Shown in pieces: positions 51,823 to 61,293 of a stretch of 64,000 bases of DNA. The notes under the pieces are model-generated. The model worked only from the letters and a program-made list of their open reading frames with translations, ran no database searches and was not told where the DNA came from. The stretch comes from Sedimentisphaerales bacterium (GTDB taxonomy: Bacteria; Planctomycetota; Phycisphaerae; Sedimentisphaerales; SM23-30). Made by a program: the position numbers and the translations under genes. The stretch is taken from NCBI GenBank assembly GCA_963663965.2, contig CAXXFK010000022.1, positions 37,622 to 101,621 of the forward strand. The letters are read 5' to 3'. Position 1 is the first letter of the stretch. The number at the start of each line of letters is the position of its first letter.

Positions 51823-52635
51823 ATGAGTAATTTACTACAATCAAAGGCCCAGGAACTAAAAGAGCTTAACATCAGGATTGCACAATCGGTTAGATCAACT
51901 TTGGAAATGGCAATGCAAGCCGGTCAACTACTGATTGAAATCAAAGAGGGCTTGCCCCATGGAATTTTCACCAACTGGATTCATAAGCATTGTGACATAT
52001 CGCCAGAGACGGCCAGGCGGTATATGCGGGTTTACGAACGGCGGGAGGAACTCAAAACGGTCACAGTGACCGGTTTATCTGATGCCTATAGGTATCTGGC
52101 GGCCCCGTCAGAGGATGCTTGCCAGGGCGAATTAGATGCCCTGGACGATATCGCTCCGGTGGATGAAGGCGGTCAGGATTATACCGACGATCAGCCATTT
52201 GATGATGAGCCAGAAGCAGCAACCCAAGATGAGGACCAGACATGGCCGGATGAGCCTAACATTGTTGGCCCCAAAATGACCGACAAGGCGGGAGTGGAAA
52301 TCCCGGACGAACTCATTCCAATCTGGCAAGACGCTCAGGTTAAATTCGGAGCATGGAGGCAGCAGCTAAATCAAATGCTTGCTGATGCCCAAAGGTGGAA
52401 AGAGTCTGGCGTGCCCTGTATGCAGCATATTCACATTGATAATTTTCGACATCAAATTGATCAAGTAAAGGAGGACATTAAGTTTTCGCGGCCCTATGCC
52501 GTCTGTCCATATTGTGGCGGAGATGGCGGGGTAGATGGTAATTGTAGGGCGTGTAACGGCGGTGGATGGGTAAATGAAATGCAATATGCTGCATGCCCTT
52601 CGGAGTTTAAGCAGAATATGGCTCGATTTGGCTAA
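51823..52635 (+). CDS. DUF3102-like protein with acidic linker and C-terminal CxxCxGxG zinc finger
   Basis: AGQLLIEIKEGLPHGIFTNWI...ISPETARRYM; CPYCGG...CRACNGGG. Confidence 0.75.
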   Translation: MSNLLQSKAQELKELNIRIAQSVRSTLEMAMQAGQLLIEIKEGLPHGIFTNWIHKHCDISPETARRYMRVYERREELKTVTVTGLSDAYRYLAAPSEDACQGELDALDDIAPVDEGGQDYTDDQPFDDEPEAATQDEDQTWPDEPNIVGPKMTDKAGVEIPDELIPIWQDAQVKFGAWRQQLNQMLADAQRWKESGVPCMQHIHIDNFRHQIDQVKEDIKFSRPYAVCPYCGGDGGVDGNCRACNGGGWVNEMQYAACPSEFKQNMARFG

Positions 52636-52791
52636 ACAGAAACGGGTCCTTCCTGGGGTATTGGGGTATCTGGCACGATGCCAGTCCCTTTGGCTGGGTG
52701 ACTTATCATTTGGAGTTAAATCGATGTCTGAACAAAATCATATTGAACAAATCCGAACAAATCCGAACATTTTTTAAAAAAGGAATCAGCA

Positions 52792-53151
52792 GTGAAACGT
52801 AATCAAATTCAATCGCGTTTGAAAAAACTGGAAAGCATGGAAGAAATCGGCACTCCCGGTAAGGTCCGGATTATTATCGATGTGTCTAAAAAATATCAAG
52901 AGCCGGAAAGTGAATTGGCGGCGTTCTGGCCGAAAACGGATGAACCCGCTGAACGGTGGGAATCCTATCGATTGCAGGATGAACTGAAAACGAATGGCGC
53001 GGTTACGATCTGGATATCACCCAGACTTGAAGCCGTTGTCCGCAAGTTGAGCGCGGAGCGTAAGCCGATTGATATTAATGCGTTGCTTATCGAGTCAGGA
53101 TGTTCACAACAGGTATTGAGTATTGATGATGTTGAGGAGATGAAGGAATGA
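52792..53151 (+). CDS. Hypothetical protein
   Basis: AAGGA RBS; ATGA overlap with the next gene. Confidence 0.6.
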   Translation: MKRNQIQSRLKKLESMEEIGTPGKVRIIIDVSKKYQEPESELAAFWPKTDEPAERWESYRLQDELKTNGAVTIWISPRLEAVVRKLSAERKPIDINALLIESGCSQQVLSIDDVEEMKE

Positions 53152-53525
53152 CAGAGAGCAAGTCGGAATTGAGCGGACGGCAGCAAAAGGCGATTGCGGA
53201 AGTTTTGGCAGGCCCGACTGTAACCGAAGCGTTACGGCGGGCAAAGGTGGGCAGGACTCAATGGTATACCTGGCTGAATGATCCGCAGTTCAAGTCATAT
53301 TATGAAACACGTCGAAAACAGCTTACCGATGAGGCGTTTGAATCGGTGCGCACAGCCTTGACGCGGGCAGTGAATGTGCTGGTGAACCTGCTGGATGATC
53401 AGACGAATACCGATGACCGGTTGCGACGGCAGGCGGCGATTGACTTGATTAAAATCCATCTGGATCAGAACGAAATGGCCGATCTGGTCGAGCGCGTGGA
53501 ACTGCTGGAAAAAGGAGGTATATAG
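53148..53525 (+). CDS. HTH protein resembling small terminase subunits (phBC6A51-like)
   Basis: LSGRQQKAI..L...TVTEA...AKVGRTQWYTWL.DP.F followed by helical segments. Confidence 0.6.
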   Translation: MTESKSELSGRQQKAIAEVLAGPTVTEALRRAKVGRTQWYTWLNDPQFKSYYETRRKQLTDEAFESVRTALTRAVNVLVNLLDDQTNTDDRLRRQAAIDLIKIHLDQNEMADLVERVELLEKGGI

Positions 53526-53564
53526 ATTTAGTAGAGGAATAATATATAATATTACCCATTGAGA

Positions 53565-53593
53565 TTGACATAATTGGATTCAGGAGTTATACT
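53565..53593 (+). promoter_or_regulatory. Consensus sigma70 promoter upstream of the integrase
   Basis: TTGACA-17 nt-TATACT. Confidence 0.8.
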
Positions 53594-53638
53594 GTATTTA
53601 TGATGATGTACTCGACCATCACAATCTGGAATAAATTT

Positions 53639-53689
53639 AAAGCCCATTGCGGGGGCTTCGGCCCTGTCGAGACGCGATGGGCTTTTTTT
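53639..53689 (+). terminator. Branched terminator/attenuator hairpin before the integrase
   Basis: AAGCCCATTGCG...CGCGATGGGCTT plus T-run, with an inner GGGGC-TTCG-GCCCT hairpin. Confidence 0.7.
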
Positions 53690-53703
53690 GTTTGGGTTGA
53701 ACA

Positions 53704-55230
53704 ATGAGACAGAAAAATCCTTACAAGCCGTTGTATCGATTGGCCGATTCTGAAACATGGCGGATTGAATTTTATGACCACAGAGGCAGACGGCAGCGGT
53801 GGGCATTGAATACCAAAAGCCTGAAACTGGCCCAGGAACTAGCCAAACAGATTGACAGCGTTCTCGCTTGCCGGGTGTCTGGCGATCAGCCGGACTCACA
53901 GTTAAGCCGTTGGCTTGAAAGTTGCCCGGTCTGGCTATTGCAACGCATGGCCGATGCCGACATGTTGGCTAATAGCCGGGTTGCCGGATGCAAGCCTTTG
54001 TCTGAACATATTGACGATTTTAAGGCCTATGTCGAGGCGAAGGGGGCGACCAGCCGACAGGCAGCACAACAGGCCGGGAATGTTGAACGGTTATTGATTG
54101 ACCAGTTGAAACTGACATTCTGGCGCGGCGTTGACGGGGACGCGGTTTTGCAAACGATAGCGACCTTGAAAAGCAAAGACGATAAGTCGTTGTCGGTAGA
54201 AAGCAAAAATAAATATATTCAGGCGGTTAAGATGTTTTCCCGGTGGATGAAAAATAGCAAGCGAAGCGCAGGGGATTTATTGGATCATATCCAGCCATTG
54301 CCCAAACGGGGAATCGATGACAGCAAGAGAGCTAGACGGCCCTTTACACAAGATGAACTGTCTTATCTGTTGAAATGGGTACGGGATAGCGGTAAAGAGC
54401 GTTATAGCTCAACCGGAGAGGCCAGAGCCTTGCTTTATGAAACGGCGGTTTATACTGGATTACGGGTAAATGAACTGCGTTCTTTGACGATTGCCGATAT
54501 TGACATTCAGCGGCAAGAAGTGAGCTTATCTGGCCGTCATACCAAGAACGGCAAACCGGCTATTTTGCCCTTGCGTCAAGAGCTTGCCGACAAAATGGCT
54601 GGCTTCATACGCGGCAAGATGCCGGGGGCGAGTTTGTTTTATGTTCCCGATAAACCGACGAAAATGCTCGACAAGGATATTGATGATGCCCGGTCAAGCT
54701 GGCTGGCAGAATCCCAGACGGCGGCGGTGAGGGCGGAACGGCTTAAGTCTGACTTTCTGAAAAAAGAGACCGAACAGGGCATTCTTTGCTTTCACGGTTT
54801 CCGTCATACCTTCGCTACATTGTTGGGTGACAATGGTATTCATCCCAAAACAGCCATGTCCCTTTTGCGTCATTCCGATGTCAATCTGACAATGGCGATT
54901 TATTCCCATAGTATCCGGGAGCGGGAAGCGTCAGCAGTGGCAGCATTACCCGATTTTGACCGGCCCGCCAGTGAGGCTGTTAAGAAAACGGGTACTGATG
55001 ACGTAAGTCCAAATATTCACCTTGTCAAATCCTTGCCAAATCAGTGTACAGAACTGGACAAAAAAACGCAAATTGGTGAATTTCAAACAATATTTGGAAC
55101 TGTTGACAAATGCACAACGAACCCCGTAAATGACTGCAATATAATGAATTACGACCAAATAAAAAGACAGCCAGCAGACGGACTCGAACCGTCAACCGTC
55201 CGCTTACAAAGCGGGGGCTCTACCAATTGA
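53704..55230 (+). CDS. Tyrosine recombinase/integrase
   Basis: TGLRVNEL, HTKNG, FHGFRHTF, LLRHS...T...Y. The ORF reads through the att core. Confidence 0.93.
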   Translation: MRQKNPYKPLYRLADSETWRIEFYDHRGRRQRWALNTKSLKLAQELAKQIDSVLACRVSGDQPDSQLSRWLESCPVWLLQRMADADMLANSRVAGCKPLSEHIDDFKAYVEAKGATSRQAAQQAGNVERLLIDQLKLTFWRGVDGDAVLQTIATLKSKDDKSLSVESKNKYIQAVKMFSRWMKNSKRSAGDLLDHIQPLPKRGIDDSKRARRPFTQDELSYLLKWVRDSGKERYSSTGEARALLYETAVYTGLRVNELRSLTIADIDIQRQEVSLSGRHTKNGKPAILPLRQELADKMAGFIRGKMPGASLFYVPDKPTKMLDKDIDDARSSWLAESQTAAVRAERLKSDFLKKETEQGILCFHGFRHTFATLLGDNGIHPKTAMSLLRHSDVNLTMAIYSHSIREREASAVAALPDFDRPASEAVKKTGTDDVSPNIHLVKSLPNQCTELDKKTQIGEFQTIFGTVDKCTTNPVNDCNIMNYDQIKRQPADGLEPSTVRLQSGGSTN

Positions 55231-55241
55231 GCTATGCTGGC
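55169..55241 (-). tRNA. tRNA-Thr (TGT)
   Basis: GCCAGCATAGCTCAATTGGTAGAGC...TTTGTAA...GGTTCGAGTCC...TGCTGGCT cloverleaf; CCA not encoded. Confidence 0.93.
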
Positions 55242-55248
55242 GCAAAAG

Positions 55249-55322
55249 TGGGCCCTGTAGGACTCGAACCTACGACCCAGCGATTATGAGTCGCTTGCTC
55301 TAACCAACTGAGCTAAGGGCCC
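55249..55322 (-). tRNA. tRNA with CAT anticodon, most likely tRNA-Ile2 (lysidine)
   Basis: GGGCCCTTAGCTCAGTTGGTTAGAGCAAGCGACTCATAATCGCT... resembles ileX-type tRNAs rather than initiator or elongator Met. Confidence 0.85.
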
Positions 55323-55616
55323 TGCCAGTGTCTAAGGAAGACTATCTTAATAGTCGTCCAAAGAATGGTAAATCATAAAAATAGCGTTAGTGAAAGTAAA
55401 TGAAAATTTTGAGAAAATCGTCGTGGTCGAGTCAAAAACTGTCAGGGCGGCCCATAATAACAGGGAATTGGCTGAAAAAGCGTAAAAAGGGTGGGTTTTT
55501 TAGTAAAATTCACAAACATAGCAAACCTTTATTCCGTATCGACCGATATGTAATAAGCCTGCTAATGGCAATCAGTTATGGCTTTCCGAGCAAAGGGGGC
55601 ATCAGGAAAAAGAGAC

Positions 55617-55645
55617 TTGCAATACCGCGAGAGCAGGTATAAAAT
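55617..55645 (+). promoter_or_regulatory. Sigma70-type promoter for clpC
   Basis: TTGCAA-17 nt-TAAAAT. Confidence 0.55.
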
Positions 55646-55685
55646 ATTATTAAATAAAAGCTTATAATATTTACCGGAGAAAAAA

Positions 55686-58232
55686 ATGTTCGAACGATTT
55701 ACCGACAGGGCAAGAAAGATCATGGCGCTGGCCAATCAGGAAGCTCAGCGATTTAACCATGAATATATTGGGACCGAACATATTTTGTTAGGTCTGGTCA
55801 AGGAAGGTTCGGGGGTAGGCGCCAATGTTTTGAAAAACCTGGGTGTCGATTTGCGGAAAGTCCGTTTAGAAGTAGAAAAGCTGGTCAAAACCGGGCCGGA
55901 TATGGTAACGATGGGGAAATTGCCCCAAACGCCCCGAGCTAAAAAGGTTATCGAATACGCAATCGAAGAGGCTCGCGCTTTGAATCATAATTATGTGGGA
56001 ACCGAACATCTGCTACTGGGCTTGCTGCGTGAAACCGAAGGGGTGGCCGCCCAGGTATTGATGAATCTGGGTTTGAAGCTGGAAGAGGTGCGTGAAGAGG
56101 TTCTGAATCTGTTGGGCGCCGGTATGGAGAATGCGGAAGCAGATGCCGGTCCAATGGCAACCGGAATGACCCCGGGCGATAAGGGCGCCAAAGGGTCGAA
56201 GAGCAAAACCCCGGCGCTGGATAGTTTTGGCCGGGATCTGACCGAACTGGCTTCTCAAGGACAGTTGGATCCGGTTATTGGCCGTACCGCCGAAATTGAA
56301 CGGGTATTGCAGATATTATGCCGACGCACGAAAAACAATCCTGTTTTGCTGGGTGAGGCCGGTGTGGGTAAGACCGCAATTGTTGAAGGACTGGCCCAGA
56401 AGATCGTTAATCATGATGTGCCTGAGATTCTGGCCAATCAGCGGATTGTTGTTCTGGATCTGGCAATGATGGTGGCCGGCACCAAGTACCGCGGTCAGTT
56501 CGAAGAGCGTATCAAGGCGGTGATGAATGAAGTCCGACGGGCTAAAAACGTTATACTGTTTATTGATGAATTACATACGCTGGTTGGCGCCGGCGGCGCT
56601 GAAGGCGCGATCGACGCCTCCAATGTATTGAAGCCGGCATTGTCGCGTGGAGAAATTCAGTGTATCGGCGCGACGACGCTGGATGAATATCGGAAGTATA
56701 TTGAAAAAGACAGCGCTCTGGAGCGGCGATTCCAGACGATTATCGTCGAGCCGCCAACCAAGGTTGAGACTTTGGAGATTCTGAAGGGATTGCGTGATCG
56801 TTATGAAGCGCATCACCGGGTACGGATGACCGATGAAGCCTTGCAATCCGCGGTGGAGTTATCGACGCGCTATATTCCCGCGCGATGTCTGCCGGATAAG
56901 GCGATCGATGTGCTGGATGAGGCGGGCGCCCGCGTACGATTGAAATGCATGACCAAACCACCAGATCTTACGGAACTGGAAAAGCAGATAGAGCATTATC
57001 AGATGGAGAAAGATGAAGCCGTGAAGAACGCCGATTATGAGCGCGCGGCCATGCTCCGTGATGAGGCCCAGAAGCTGGCCCAGAAGAAGGAAGAAATGCA
57101 GACGCGCTGGCGTGAAGAAAATAATGAAATCGGCGGCATAGTCGATGAAGAAGTGATTGCCGAAGTGGTTTCGAATATCACCGGTGTGCCGCTGACGCGT
57201 CTGGAAAAAGAAGAAGTGGCGCGTCTGTTAGAGTTGGAAAACGAGCTGCATAAGCGTGTGGTCAGCCAGGATGACGCGATTAAAGTGGTCGCCAAGAGCG
57301 TACGGCGCAGCCGCAGCGGATTGAAGGATCCGAACCGGCCGATGGGCTGCTTTATCTTTGTCGGGCCATCGGGTGTGGGTAAAACCCTGCTGGCGCGGGC
57401 GCTGGCGGAATTTATGTTTGGTGATGAAGACGCGATCATTCAGCTGGACATGAGCGAGTACATGGAGAAGCACAATGTGTCCCGGCTGGTGGGGGCGCCT
57501 CCCGGCTATGTCGGGTATGAAGAGGGCGGTCAGCTGACCGAAAAGATTCGTCGCCGGCCTTATGCCGTGGTGCTGCTGGATGAAATTGAAAAAGCTCACA
57601 GCGATGTGTCTAACATGCTGTTGCAGATTATGGAAGAAGGCCGTTTGACCGACAGCTTTGGCCGCAAGGTCGATTTCCGTAATACGATTCTGATTATGAC
57701 CAGTAATATCGGCGCCGATTTGATTAAGAATCAATCTGGATTCGGTTTCGGCAAGCGCACCCCGGAAGCCAATTACGAGAAAATGAAGGATCTGCTCAAG
57801 AAAGAAGTTGAGCGCTTCTTCCGTCCGGAATTTATCAACCGTCTGGATGATTTGATCGTATTCAAGTCGCTGACTCGGGAAGACCTGACCCAGATTGTCG
57901 ATTATGAACTGCGGAAAGTCAGCAGGCGGCTTAAAGATCAGGGGCTGGTTATCGAACTGGTACAGGAAGCGAAAGAATTCCTGATCGACAAAGGGTATGA
58001 TCTGGAATTCGGCGCCCGGCCTTTACGTCGCGCCATTGAACGCTATGTTGAAGATCCGCTGAGCGAAGATATTTTACGCGGTGATTTCAAGGGCAAGAAT
58101 ATGATTCGCGTCCTGGTTAAAGATGACCACCTGAGTTTCGAAGGCGAATTGGTGGAAGGTCTGGATGTAAAACCGAAGCAGGATAAGAATGAGGCCTCGG
58201 AAGAAGAGACACAACTGACGGAAGCGACCTGA
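55686..58232 (+). CDS. clpC: ATP-dependent Clp protease ATP-binding subunit ClpC
   Basis: [11 protein letters not shown], two Clp-N repeats, two AAA+ modules ([16 protein letters not shown]), short UVR-like middle domain, FGF loop. Confidence 0.95.
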   Translation: MFERFTDRARKIMALANQEAQRFNHEYIGTEHILLGLVKEGSGVGANVLKNLGVDLRKVRLEVEKLVKTGPDMVTMGKLPQTPRAKKVIEYAIEEARALNHNYVGTEHLLLGLLRETEGVAAQVLMNLGLKLEEVREEVLNLLGAGMENAEADAGPMATGMTPGDKGAKGSKSKTPALDSFGRDLTELASQGQLDPVIGRTAEIERVLQILCRRTKNNPVLLGEAGVGKTAIVEGLAQKIVNHDVPEILANQRIVVLDLAMMVAGTKYRGQFEERIKAVMNEVRRAKNVILFIDELHTLVGAGGAEGAIDASNVLKPALSRGEIQCIGATTLDEYRKYIEKDSALERRFQTIIVEPPTKVETLEILKGLRDRYEAHHRVRMTDEALQSAVELSTRYIPARCLPDKAIDVLDEAGARVRLKCMTKPPDLTELEKQIEHYQMEKDEAVKNADYERAAMLRDEAQKLAQKKEEMQTRWREENNEIGGIVDEEVIAEVVSNITGVPLTRLEKEEVARLLELENELHKRVVSQDDAIKVVAKSVRRSRSGLKDPNRPMGCFIFVGPSGVGKTLLARALAEFMFGDEDAIIQLDMSEYMEKHNVSRLVGAPPGYVGYEEGGQLTEKIRRRPYAVVLLDEIEKAHSDVSNMLLQIMEEGRLTDSFGRKVDFRNTILIMTSNIGADLIKNQSGFGFGKRTPEANYEKMKDLLKKEVERFFRPEFINRLDDLIVFKSLTREDLTQIVDYELRKVSRRLKDQGLVIELVQEAKEFLIDKGYDLEFGARPLRRAIERYVEDPLSEDILRGDFKGKNMIRVLVKDDHLSFEGELVEGLDVKPKQDKNEASEEETQLTEAT

Positions 58233-58260
58233 GAAAACCGCTTCTCAGCTAATAAATTTC

Positions 58261-58292
58261 AGGCTCCGCAATGATTGTGGGGCCTTTTGTTT
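58261..58292 (+). terminator. Intrinsic terminator after clpC
   Basis: AGGCTCCGCAAT...ATTGTGGGGCCT followed by TTTGTTT. Confidence 0.65.
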
Positions 58293-58335
58293 GCGCCGGA
58301 ATGGAAAACAATGTCTGACCGGGCTATAATTTTTC

Positions 58336-59139
58336 ATGAAACGCGCTAATACGAAAAAGGCCTCGGCGTTTACGCTGATTGAATTGTTAATTGTAATCGG
58401 TATTATTGGATTACTGATCAGCATCCTTTTACCTGCTTTGAACCGGGTACAGGAAAACGCACGCAGGGTTGTTTGTGGTCAACAGTTGCGGCAAATTGGA
58501 GTTGGGCTAAGGATTTATGAAGGGCACTCCGCTGAACGGCTGCCCGGTCAATACGATCGATGGGGCAGTGAGACCATCACGTATCAAAACCAGACGCTGG
58601 AACCGTGGGTGACGTATGTGGCCTGGCATCAGGATTACAAGGATGCATCCAGTGGCCAGATGAAGCCATTGCAGTTGGCGACTTTAACAAGCGAAGGGTG
58701 TATTAACGATCCCGAGTTGTTTTATTGTCCTGCGTATAAACCCCAAGGAGTTAATCTGGTGTTTACCTATGGTTATTACACCCAGGGGGGAACTGAACGG
58801 TGGGGAGAGTATCTGCCGGTAAAAAACAATGGTTCCCGGGATGATAAAGTGCGAGTTTCTTATCACTACTGGCTGCATGGCCGGCAAACCCTGGTACGTC
58901 TGAATAAAGATCCTGTTGTATTTGACAATCTTCAGCATTGGACTAATGTGGCACATACCAAGGATGGGGCGCCGTATGGTTTTAACGCATTGTTTGGTGA
59001 TGGCCATGTCGCATTTACCAACAAACCGGATTTATTGGATCCTGCGTTATGGAATGGGGGACCGGCAGCCGGTCCCTGGGATGGTCCGGGAAACAGCCGG
59101 GATTTATTTCTGGCTATTCTGGCCAGGTTCGAAGAGTAA
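58336..59139 (+). CDS. Prepilin-type / H-X9-DG domain protein
   Basis: [25 protein letters not shown]. Confidence 0.85.
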   Translation: MKRANTKKASAFTLIELLIVIGIIGLLISILLPALNRVQENARRVVCGQQLRQIGVGLRIYEGHSAERLPGQYDRWGSETITYQNQTLEPWVTYVAWHQDYKDASSGQMKPLQLATLTSEGCINDPELFYCPAYKPQGVNLVFTYGYYTQGGTERWGEYLPVKNNGSRDDKVRVSYHYWLHGRQTLVRLNKDPVVFDNLQHWTNVAHTKDGAPYGFNALFGDGHVAFTNKPDLLDPALWNGGPAAGPWDGPGNSRDLFLAILARFEE

Positions 59140-60852
59140 TCAGCGTGAGACAACAATCGCTTTTCGATAATCGCCGATTGGATCAAGATTGACGTTACCG
59201 GGAAGAGTCGGTTCCAAGGGAGCGATTGGGAGGATAATCGTTTTGCCATTGAAGGGAATGGATTCCAGCCGTTTGATAGAAAGATTCTTTCCGGTTTTGG
59301 CGAAGAAGGGGAACAAATCTTCACCGACAGCGATGGACATATCGGTAATGGATTCTTCCCAGGTCAGGTCATGGTCCGGATCATTTTGCCAGCGAAGTTG
59401 TTGAATCCAGCGCCAGCGGGGGTACCAGGTGGGACCGTAGCGATCATCCAGTTTTTGCCAGACAAACCAGATCATCATGCGGTCATGCCCGGTTTGCCAT
59501 TTTTCCAGATTGGCGGCGTTGAATATTCTGGCCGGATCGGATGGGGGAGAGGCGGGATCGTAGTCCTTGCGAAAGACTTTCTGGCATTGGCGGTTGGGGC
59601 CGGTATCGCCGTTGTATCTGGCAATGATTTTGCCCTGAAACCATCCGGCGTGTTCTTCACCGCGGTTGCCGCCGAAAGGGTGGCGGGCAACAGAGCAGGG
59701 ACCCGCCATGGTGTGGGCCTGTTCGTGGGCGAAAATAGAACGGATGCCTGAAGAACTGGTCGAAATCGTTGACGCTTCTTTCGGCAAATAGGCATTGACC
59801 GCCCATCCGCCGCCACCGCCACTGCAAAGGATCAGGTACATTGGCTCTTGCGGTTTTTCTGAAGGCAACCAGGCGTAGATATCTTTAGTGATGGCCGGGA
59901 AATCGACTCGGGCCGTCTGTAACAGATCGGGAAGTTGATTTTTACTGTAAAAGCAGACAATGCCATCGAAGGATAATTCTGATTCCGGGTAAATGCCTCC
60001 TCCACCACCGCGTGCAACTGGCAAGCGCGTATCCCCACCAACCGGAGATTTTCCTGTTGATACCCAATTAATCGCGCTAGAGAGAAAATCGCATTTCTGG
60101 CGGATATCCTCCTGATTTTTTTTATCGTAGCGATATAAATCGGCAGAGGCTAATAGCATAATCCGGCCCTTGCCGACCGGTCGCCTGGCGATGACTGGTT
60201 TCTGGGAAATTCCCTGCAATGTGACTTCCCAGTTGTTGTCCGTTTTCAGAACAGGCCAGTTGGCATTTAAATAGGATTCCCGGCCGGGCAGGACTTCAGC
60301 GCCAATCATTTTTAAGAATTGATTTAACGACCATGATGCCGCTTCGGATTCATTTTTCAGTGGAGCGCCACAAATGATCAAACCGCCTCCCGACTGTACA
60401 AATTGCATCAGCGCCGTAGCTTCCGCTTTAATATACTCGGGATATCCCGGTCGGCCTTCCGTGATAACAACATTAAATTGGGGCGCCGGTATCCAGCCAA
60501 AAGGCAGGATTTTGTCTGCGACAGGGACACGGACCCGGCATTTAGAACCTGGTGGCAATACCGAATCCAGGGAGGCATGACTTCCCACGGCGCGATACCC
60601 GCGTGAATGTAATTGGCCAGGCAGGCTCCACAAGAGGAAGAAATCGCATTTATGCGCCATATCAATCAGCACATTGATACCGGTGTCATTTTTCATCCGC
60701 AAGGATTCCTGAGGATAGTTTGCAGACGTCTCGACCGGTAACGTATGACCTGTTTTCCACCAATTTTCAATTTCAGCGGACGATTGGGGGGATTGAGCCG
60801 GGGCAAGAACAGGTATCAGGCAGATGACTATAATACTCATAAATTTATTCAT
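59140..60852 (-). CDS. Secreted protein with a putative HExxH metallopeptidase domain
   Basis: Signal peptide; FVQSGGGLII (GATase-like fold); FAHEQAH with downstream EE. Confidence 0.6.
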   Translation of the reverse strand: MNKFMSIIVICLIPVLAPAQSPQSSAEIENWWKTGHTLPVETSANYPQESLRMKNDTGINVLIDMAHKCDFFLLWSLPGQLHSRGYRAVGSHASLDSVLPPGSKCRVRVPVADKILPFGWIPAPQFNVVITEGRPGYPEYIKAEATALMQFVQSGGGLIICGAPLKNESEAASWSLNQFLKMIGAEVLPGRESYLNANWPVLKTDNNWEVTLQGISQKPVIARRPVGKGRIMLLASADLYRYDKKNQEDIRQKCDFLSSAINWVSTGKSPVGGDTRLPVARGGGGGIYPESELSFDGIVCFYSKNQLPDLLQTARVDFPAITKDIYAWLPSEKPQEPMYLILCSGGGGGWAVNAYLPKEASTISTSSSGIRSIFAHEQAHTMAGPCSVARHPFGGNRGEEHAGWFQGKIIARYNGDTGPNRQCQKVFRKDYDPASPPSDPARIFNAANLEKWQTGHDRMMIWFVWQKLDDRYGPTWYPRWRWIQQLRWQNDPDHDLTWEESITDMSIAVGEDLFPFFAKTGKNLSIKRLESIPFNGKTIILPIAPLEPTLPGNVNLDPIGDYRKAIVVSR

Positions 60853-61293
60853 TATAAAGTTCCTTTGAATCAGAGGAAAGCTAGTGGCATAACAGCCATA
60901 ATGACCTTACTGGGTTAGTTTAAAGATTACTAGTAAATATTTTCTCTCGCTCTTGTCATGCCAAAGTAAATTTTAAGATTGTTGTTAAATTTGTTGCCAG
61001 TTTAGTCCTGGTACTAACGTTATAACTGAATAGAGATGGAAAGCATTGCATCGAAGATGGGATCATAGGCTAACTATCTATTATAAAAGAACTTGACAGA
61101 GTGATATGTCTTTTATAAGGTAGTATGATTAAAGGTTCATTATCTAAGCAATGTCAAAGGTATTTAGTTATAAGTATTGATATATAAGGCGATTAGCAAG
61201 TGTGATATCATGGCCACCGATTGAATTCTGTCAAGATGCCAGACGGAATTTGATATGGGACAGCCCTACTAAATAAATAAAGGAGACCCCCAG

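Larger units (their letters stand above)
43370..55214. mobile_element. ~11.8 kb integrative, phage-satellite-like element at the tRNA-Thr 3' end
   Basis: Identical 49-bp direct repeats at both ends, tyrosine integrase, AlpA/Xis-like HTH genes, iterons, DUF3102, TerS-like HTH, AT-richer cargo. Confidence 0.9.

Noticed and set aside
43370..55214. Complete prophage, conjugative element or anti-phage defence island
   Set aside because: No virion, lysis, relaxase or T4SS genes and no recognisable defence domains.
55249..55322. tRNA-Met call for the CAT tRNA
   Set aside because: Paired G1-C72 and no three-GC anticodon stem exclude initiator Met; the overall sequence resembles Ile2.
15751..61195. 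Isolated TAA-N19-TTA sites in other intergenic regions (for example near 15751, 16032, 24817, 28652, 61171)
   Set aside because: Six fixed A/T bases are expected by chance in AT-rich DNA; kept only where tied to a second motif or to att.
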